IMG/VR virus record: IMGVR_UViG_3300027852_000059
Span: 1 to 46,454 of that record
Strand: one strand, 5' to 3'
Length of the DNA: 46,454 nt
From: a virus
Shown here: positions 43,701-46,454 of the stretch, piece by piece
How the letters are laid out: every line of letters begins with the position of its first letter
How positions within the stretch are numbered: position 1 is the stretch's first letter
Made by a program: the position numbers and the translations under genes
Notes under the pieces: model-generated
Told to the model about the DNA's origin: nothing
Databases searched by the model: none
Seen by the model: the letters and a program-made list of their open reading frames with translations, nothing else

Positions 43701-44498
43701 CCGTTGTACTCGGTAGTAACAGGGTTAGCTGAAATGTTTGGCGACGATGAAGACGAGCCGTGGGACGCAAATATTGCAATTCACCAAGGGCTAAACGACA
43801 TGTTTGGGAAAGAAGTCGGCGGCGCGTTAATGCATGGTGCGTTTAATGCGCTCACCCCTGCAGACATGGCAAGTCGAACGTCACTTAATAACCTATGGTT
43901 TAGAGAGCCGTACAGAGAATTGGAGGGCCGCGACTCGGTACAGTATTATGCTGAACAACTACTAGGACCTATTTTCGGGGTGGCCTTGTCGTTTGGTACT
44001 GGTAAATCATTAATAAATGAGGGGCAAACATATAGGGGGGTTGAATCTATGTTGCCTAAATTTGCCAGGGATATATTAAAAGCGGGGCGTTATAGTACGG
44101 ACGGCGTACAAAACTTAAGTGGTGCCGATGTTGTCGCATTAGAAGATGTTGGGATAGCAGATTGGGCGACGCAAGCCTTTGGTTTTTCACCGTCTAAAGT
44201 GGCCGAACGCTACGAACAAAATAGCGCGGTGAAAGGCTCAGAACAAAGGATTTTACAACGCCGTTCGTTGTTATTGAATAGATATGCATTAGGTAAGCGT
44301 ATAGATGACAGAGCGTTCTTAATTAAAGTAAAGACCGAAATCCAACAATTTAACAAGGCGAACCCCAATCACCCTATTACCGAAAAAACGGTAATACAGT
44401 CATTAAAACGCCGTCAGAGTTATGCAAATAAAGCCAAAAACGGCGTTAACCTAAATGATCGTTATAGATATTTAATCGAAGAAAACAGCATTCACTAA
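34743..44498 (+). CDS. Giant (3251 aa) polyvalent-type virion / DNA-ejection protein with an embedded N6-adenine methyltransferase-like domain
   Basis: A single uninterrupted ORF. G/A-rich N-terminus, ESTEVNxx repeats, VLEPSAGVGHI plus NPPF methyltransferase motifs, a PLQRFG motif, and C-terminal hydrophobic helices. A strong terminator follows it. Confidence 0.8.
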   Translation: MNYLFNETFEEFSGKSNVVADPDRNTSVFGDTVDMAQRGLAQGVAGIFDFVGADGVADSLNNWADSQMSQLSDEGQTSMSKEFFTEDEQGNLKAGEALTDVRAWWLNLVSTAGQFASTGGAAGLGLKGASMATKFANAADKTKKIIGVGAFGATGGMSATGQMESQARALVDDFDMETLKSSTRFREIYQSVNDENPDFDNVKLWEASKDKLKLQLARDVKTDPKVLLSNFALSAISDPIIGKAFTKRIANSIIKSAGKGALAEGATETIQGGIESLAVNQVAQSVDPSIDPMAGVKAAALTEGLIGGSMGATIAGGGAMLDRPKKLEAPKTGHENLDQVLAQGVEQENQRQEQAFNNKAAQSATESQPQDPIVSTQNDSVTTVSTPRSILPRPFTKIDSQPLSPVSAAVQTGIAVNDDQQKVNTPVKPTPVEIPTLNEFSEAETAAFLNVIELAQKQHPKYYKRSKLEFDRTNNQAAFIDGVTKLANNDPTYLSLNKKIEEQGIEQTKANVELQAQTKFLKKQQEDEAEKVRLRAEFIDRLVNQPKRDRDYPAALAQHNAKVDLDSSIRNNVEQSKQSRPGKAFKKSLSELRAELKPKRKHLKQLLAANKATKQMQMRIDQSIAAEKLHSGKPVDINVYVPNPAMKEAFSKALSPELKERVAKIDMATNKELLKIQDKRRRKEQELAISNAIKTWVADENGLYSEQYSSMPQNYNVELKGPDYETEQDTREDTNANISTNIESETVENASIAEPTEDAVKKPLKADNVDLSTHVANEAEYHRELAEQAYSHSNRYGGRVSQSNYVKYINDTYEQLDQDLNPEQKTLLDDEIKKLKSSYLEEDKNYLSSRSGVVGAHIAGKSNFNAKQANSRSKSDDRASDSFDSWKRQQVARINVALSKARTPEQNQEIKDKNANKVFVNDWREFLSSLGAMTEKGFNKRLLMPGLTRAWETLKQHDSEKVLGILNKAEAVFQQDGTSIAKAIGAKSLLAKEINAYMLDSTPNKLVDSVDKLNASESTEVNSNESTEVNSNESTEVNSNESTEVNSNESTEVNTSESTEVNAGESTEVNANELNVSERTDNESTPELSTKTVDNNVDETVEDELELSSEDIVEIESKHVKRRLSERLLMDRPAIELDGSFEGDFQDLADYASRLRIEATGHGRTKSDLIRAIDEQNEPFLIASILKAEYEDLSSKGLVPTHLGTANNDRYFTRNQLFKLGLDDGSTKFNRLKALTGAYTDPIKPLVGLDKSQIELDYLEQLLNQDESLSNQVRDRPWLSTVTVRLTQLRRDLAQHKDKYLNARKAIYKASLSRDANFSDKEFQSWLQSNLASFKAQHNVDYLMPSKEQAFTEFTERATTRLTKNKEKIEDWTKATLFDFLDGEDQLHRGELPFDEYKEMGQALSDKREAVRAEISGLTKTKIGETRGMFWAARHGSDKKSTMVESAFENLFRSLNVNREGMTVLIGMGFGEKRGPDHYIDQIKEKFDAIDRTQYETWQQSIKDDRAAAEAERERKAQALEDPQSIEDFHRLYNLKGAKGMTAEQWAIFDRLVADENLAMQEKSKTRTVEAINEDVNYTLHETKHSKKDIDLFVVSLGDRVDKDVYRELNTKAKQLGGYYSSYNKAGAIPGFQFKSEETRQDFLSLLAGDTVERTKVEKDTAETLMDKAIRLEEKAREELERPRNTNTSRRASMAASSIDSAERNMAIAQELKSLSVAISSGRAKYLKGVSQNTQRDLLAQLFNRLQREAAKDIDTRDKHMEPSKHPVYGYDTGHKWRAGVPTEEKVRHAKYPFVTWEKAALHKYLDKMETADGYKLAAQALRKSLNQTKSENAFIGNHRSFDKFLSYSLQHESAHPFIKSEAQDYNRLQKLGINGTQHLRAALVEYDLLTSDAETVVVKSPAAEALKYSHLKGMYKDNDFHNSPNAVVEEVIGYADIEPGMRVLEPSAGVGHIADAVADIVGKDGVDTVEMGFELRKMLEGKGYKPESGDFLEYDPGGEIYDRVVMNPPFSKDQDIDHILHAYSMLKPGGKLVAVTSSMAGDRSNKKNQAFRTFMDEHAADEISLPEGSFKDAINPTGVNTKIIVIDKPSSNQEQQPSSNEDVVFNLEEQTHNSGLSDKDMSKVVTEFLNVYKGAKIFKGGIHIGGVDELYSKELLESRPEVRDLARGSYTPRTDTLHIVRGRFKDRADLLQTLRHEILVHKGLGVFHKEYVENFLSQVKLTRGSKNSYIKNIWDEVSQTYKDESDYVQAEEFLARVAEDLDDTGFGQFVNNKIIHPIIKAIRRMLESIGLSLSTQPSEIKQELYRITGALRKGIEPRNRQKQDAGLIGKRTYFNIAPPADSQLLPKHLNKESVNKHYNSIKAKLRPFMLSLLPRRYLKDLAGDTLPAISIYERAVEQMDADRNELLNVAADTMVKWRKLADSNPESAKVMADLMHDATLANVDPSERYEQLVNKQELDLAKKQYQAAKKDQSDLLAIDRELNNFNALKERAFAEGERGAMYTILAPKFRTLPTEFQDLFKEVVKSYRDQNKARLKALLERIEFTPTDVNHKSKMRDLIRMKFEQSERDFYVPLQRFGDYFGSVKDNNGDIVEFSLFESQAEQETWINERKTNFKGQGYTIRGGKKKEHMNEFERVNPGFITEIMPLLNEEQQDEIYQLYLHAMPDLSMRKHFIHRKGVKGFHTDALRAYAKNMFHGSYQIARLKHSHVMEGALSAMRLQVDSKANIREANKASDIASEIEQRHAWIVSPTGSSIAHKATQFGFAWYLGATPAAALLNVTQTPIIALPVIGSRYGFTATTKELTRAGVDFIGGKGHIEKALSGDELEMVNELLRRGVLDKTMSHDLAGVSEGGIQHNPTTHKWMGYISAMFHHAERFNREVTSLAAYRLARKKGMDHISAIDEAANLTWESHFDYASANKARFMQNDTAKVLFLFRQHSLNMSARLYLDFMKILKPKNKAERVQGTKQFLGVLGMTGMFAGVAGLPLYSVVTGLAEMFGDDEDEPWDANIAIHQGLNDMFGKEVGGALMHGAFNALTPADMASRTSLNNLWFREPYRELEGRDSVQYYAEQLLGPIFGVALSFGTGKSLINEGQTYRGVESMLPKFARDILKAGRYSTDGVQNLSGADVVALEDVGIADWATQAFGFSPSKVAERYEQNSAVKGSEQRILQRRSLLLNRYALGKRIDDRAFLIKVKTEIQQFNKANPNHPITEKTVIQSLKRRQSYANKAKNGVNLNDRYRYLIEENSIH
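37791..37958 (+). repeat. Seven in-frame tandem 24-bp units (gaaagtacagaagttaattcaaat) encoding ESTEVN(SN/TS/AG/AN)
   Basis: Read directly. The first four units are identical. The repeat lies inside the giant CDS. Confidence 0.9.
40572..40775 (+). other. Methyltransferase motifs I (VLEPSAGVGHI) and IV (NPPF) within the giant CDS
   Basis: Motif I codons start at 40572 (aa 1944). NPPF is at 40764-40775 (aa 2008-2011). The order I then IV fits gamma-class amino-methyltransferases. Confidence 0.7.
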
Positions 44499-44507
44499 GG
44501 TTTGTAG

Positions 44508-44550
44508 CGCCATATTAGTTCTTTAGTGTATCTAATGTGGCGTTTTTTTT
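44508..44550 (+). terminator. Strong intrinsic terminator ending the late operon
   Basis: CGCCATATTAG-N13-CTAATGTGGCG (11-bp stem with one G-T pair) followed by 8 T. Confidence 0.8.
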
Positions 44551-44703
44551 GATCGTTCACTTTACCTTTGGCGTAAGATCCTTTAAATTGATCTCGCTTT
44601 TAAGAGGGGGATAATATATTGTTGCCTTTCTTAGTAAGAGACAAGATTGTTAAATTAGAGGCGAAAAAAAACCGCCTATAAGACGGTTTCTCAACAATTT
44701 GAT

Positions 44704-44839
44704 ACTTGCAAAGAAGAACAAAAAATAATTTAAGTTATAAGACGTAGAAGTCTAATTAAATTAAATTAAATTATGAAACATAAACAAAAACCAAACTAAC
44801 CATGATCGAGTTTATGTTTCCTTGTTCTTCTTTGCAAGT
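44704..44839. promoter_or_regulatory. Nested perfect inverted repeats in the repA leader (18-bp outer arms, 11-bp inner arms)
   Basis: ACTTGCAAAGAAGAACAA (44704-44721) pairs with TTGTTCTTCTTTGCAAGT (44822-44839). GAAACATAAAC (44775-44785) pairs with GTTTATGTTTC (44810-44820). Confidence 0.6.
44754..44773. repeat. (AATTA)x4 pentanucleotide tandem repeat
   Basis: Read directly, between the outer and inner inverted-repeat arms. Confidence 0.8.
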
Positions 44840-44883
44840 GCAAATTGTATTTATTAGTAAATATAATTATAAGAATATTAAAC

Positions 44884-45951
44884 ATGAGATTGAACTCAGG
44901 CCGTCGCGCCTATGTAAAAAACCCTATGCCCGTCCTAATGCTCGCGGAAAATCCGTATTGTGAAGTTATCAGATACGAGTTTGAAACCATCCCCGGTGAG
45001 AGTGCGCAAGCTGAATTAAAGCGTCGAAAACACCATGAAAGTCTACTAGATGCTCACAACGAACAGTTGGCGGAACGCACGAAACACCCGTTAATAAAAC
45101 ATATATATAACAAAGCAAAAGCCACAGATATTTTTGATAAAGATGAATTATTTCTGAAAATTAATGAAATGATTTATAACGGTATGAGAAAAGAAAAAGT
45201 TAACATTCATCGCCGGCGCGCTATTAAAGTGTTTGTTGAATTGTTAGCTATCAGTGTTGATTTAGAAACAAATTTGGTTGAGTTTGATAGTTTAACGTCT
45301 GCAGCTAAAAAGACATCGTTAGCTACTATGTCCAGTGAGAAAGTATCTCACATGATAGAAAAGGGTGAAGAAGTCACACCTAACATATCAAGGCTAACAA
45401 GAGCGTATGCAATGCTTTGTTTAATGGGGTTTATTAAATTTAATGCTCGGGTGTTAACTACTGATGTATTACACGATATAGCATCCGGGAAAGACGGGAA
45501 AGGCACCAGATATATGCCTCGCATTATTGAAGTAGACGACAAGTTATTTGAGTTGCTAGGCGTTAATATGGATAGACTAGAAAAAGAAAGAGAATGGCGA
45601 CGAGAAAACCGTCAAGATCGATTAAACCTGAGATCGCCCGATGAAATAAAAAACAATGTCATCTTATCAAGAACTGAGATTAAAAAACGTCACAAACAAA
45701 AAATACGTTTATCCTCGTTTGATTACCGACGTAAGCAAATAACAAAAGCCTCACAAGCGCGTAGAGCTAAGTCATTACAAGAGAAGACTAAAGAGCAATT
45801 AAGAGATATGGCTCGCGGTGATGTATTTAAAACATTAAATGCGACGAGTGTTGAAAGTCTAAGTCAATTTGAATTTACCCAGGCAGTTAACGCGAAGTTC
45901 AATGAGCTTTTAAAGTTAAAGAATAGTTACACAGAATCCCCACCAGACTAA
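44884..45951 (+). CDS. repA: IncFII-type RepA-like plasmid replication initiator
   Basis: RRAYVKNPMPV matches R1/R100 RepA YYRQVKNPNPV. HRRRAIKVF matches LRRRAIDAL. NISRLTRAYAMLCLMGFI matches SITRATRALTFLSELGLI. Comparison is from memory. The track TTG start at 44845 is less likely than ATG 44884. Confidence 0.6.
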   Translation: MRLNSGRRAYVKNPMPVLMLAENPYCEVIRYEFETIPGESAQAELKRRKHHESLLDAHNEQLAERTKHPLIKHIYNKAKATDIFDKDELFLKINEMIYNGMRKEKVNIHRRRAIKVFVELLAISVDLETNLVEFDSLTSAAKKTSLATMSSEKVSHMIEKGEEVTPNISRLTRAYAMLCLMGFIKFNARVLTTDVLHDIASGKDGKGTRYMPRIIEVDDKLFELLGVNMDRLEKEREWRRENRQDRLNLRSPDEIKNNVILSRTEIKKRHKQKIRLSSFDYRRKQITKASQARRAKSLQEKTKEQLRDMARGDVFKTLNATSVESLSQFEFTQAVNAKFNELLKLKNSYTESPPD

Positions 45952-45977
45952 TAAAGAAGTATAAGCCAACGTTATAG

Positions 45978-45999
45978 CCCTGATTTTGTCGGGGTTTTT
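45978..45999 (+). terminator. Weak intrinsic terminator candidate after repA
   Basis: CCCTGA-TTTTG-TCGGGG followed by TTTTT. Confidence 0.35.
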
Positions 46000-46102
46000 G
46001 TCGTGCCTGTCTGTTAGTTTTAAGTGTGGTATTTATTCACTTCATCTTCAATCGGCCAAAAAGCGCTAACTTTCAAGTTACAGCTAAAAGGTTATTAACC
46101 GG

Positions 46103-46125
46103 TTATCCACTAAGATATATATATA
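46103..46125. promoter_or_regulatory. DnaA-box-like TTATCCACT (8/9 to TTATCCACA) followed by an (AT) run; origin candidate
   Basis: Read directly about 150 nt downstream of repA. ATATATATATA occupies 46115-46125. Confidence 0.45.
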
Positions 46126-46295
46126 ATGCAAACTACTTAGATTAATGGATGCTATAAAGGATTTTATAATGCAAGTATCACCCGCCCGGGGCGCTTTTAA
46201 GAGACCTAAAAAGAAAAGATTGCTACGTCCCAAAATCACGGCCACAAGTGGCCTATTTTGATAGTTGTTCGCCAATTCGCTACGCGGGCGCGCTG

Positions 46296-46315
46296 AATCG
46301 CTGTTAATCGCTGTG
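46296..46315 (+). repeat. Tandem AATCGCTGT(T/G) x2, with a related AATTCGCT at 46274-46281
   Basis: Read directly in the non-coding region downstream of repA. Confidence 0.6.
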
Positions 46316-46327
46316 TAAGAGCCAACA

Positions 46328-46454
46328 CAATATTTAATTTTAAACATTAAATCAATGCTTATTTGTTTTGTAGGGCGCGATGTGCAATTTGAGTGCCTAT
46401 CTAAATCAATGCCGCGATGAATAAATTTTACAGCCGATACCTACGCTAAGAGCG
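46328..46454. repeat. Terminal overlap copy 2 (identical to 1..127)
   Basis: Read directly. A length of 127 is typical of an assembler k-mer overlap on a circular contig. Confidence 0.9.

Larger units (their letters stand above)
1..46327. mobile_element. Complete circular phage-plasmid-like genome (unique length 46,327 bp)
   Basis: Identical 127-nt ends. One molecule carries virion, lysis and packaging genes together with RepA-like, ParA and tyrosine recombinase genes. Confidence 0.7.

Noticed and set aside
46084-46347. 87-aa minus-strand ORF in the region downstream of repA
   Set aside because: It runs through the DnaA-box-like site, the AT run and the repeat clusters, and into the duplicated end. 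It has no RBS. The origin-like non-coding interpretation is preferred.
46328-46454. The 127-bp terminal direct repeat read as a biological direct terminal repeat of a linear phage chromosome
   Set aside because: The length is exactly 127 nt, a common maximum assembler k-mer, and the repeat cuts through an ordinary non-coding region. I treat it as a circularisation overlap. Read-end pile-ups would be needed to claim physical termini.

Overview
The first 127 nt are identical to the last 127 nt (1-127 = 46328-46454). I read this as the overlap of a circular contig, giving one closed molecule of 46,327 bp. Its content looks like a temperate phage-plasmid. There is a plasmid maintenance set: an IncFII-type RepA-like initiator at 44884..45951 with a structured leader upstream and an origin-like region downstream, a ParA ATPase at 2478..3290 with an upstream repeat array, and a tyrosine recombinase at 3665..4912. 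There are two early/regulatory plus-strand blocks (5376..10518 and 11076..14711), separated by a single minus-strand XRE-like regulator. A complete podovirus-like late region runs from 14880 to 44498: holin, muralytic protein, TerS, TerL, portal, scaffold, major capsid, adaptor/nozzle/fibre candidates, and an internal-protein module ending in a 3251-aa protein with an embedded N6-adenine-methyltransferase-like domain. I found no DNA polymerase, primase, helicase, RNA polymerase, tRNA, rRNA or CRISPR array. The items most worth follow-up are listed here. (1) The phage-plasmid architecture itself. (2) The giant polyvalent-type virion protein (methyltransferase domain, PLQRFG motif, in-frame 24-bp tandem repeats). 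(3) A 22-bp exact repeat upstream of the recombinase gene and of the internal-protein operon, with a degenerate third copy. (4) Two tandem GNAT acetyltransferases inside the internal-protein operon. (5) An early DHH/DHHA1 phosphoesterase. (6) Nested inverted repeats in the repA leader. (7) A lambda-like promoter-terminator unit in front of the lysis genes. All functional calls rest on motifs read by eye and on gene order. No database search was run.
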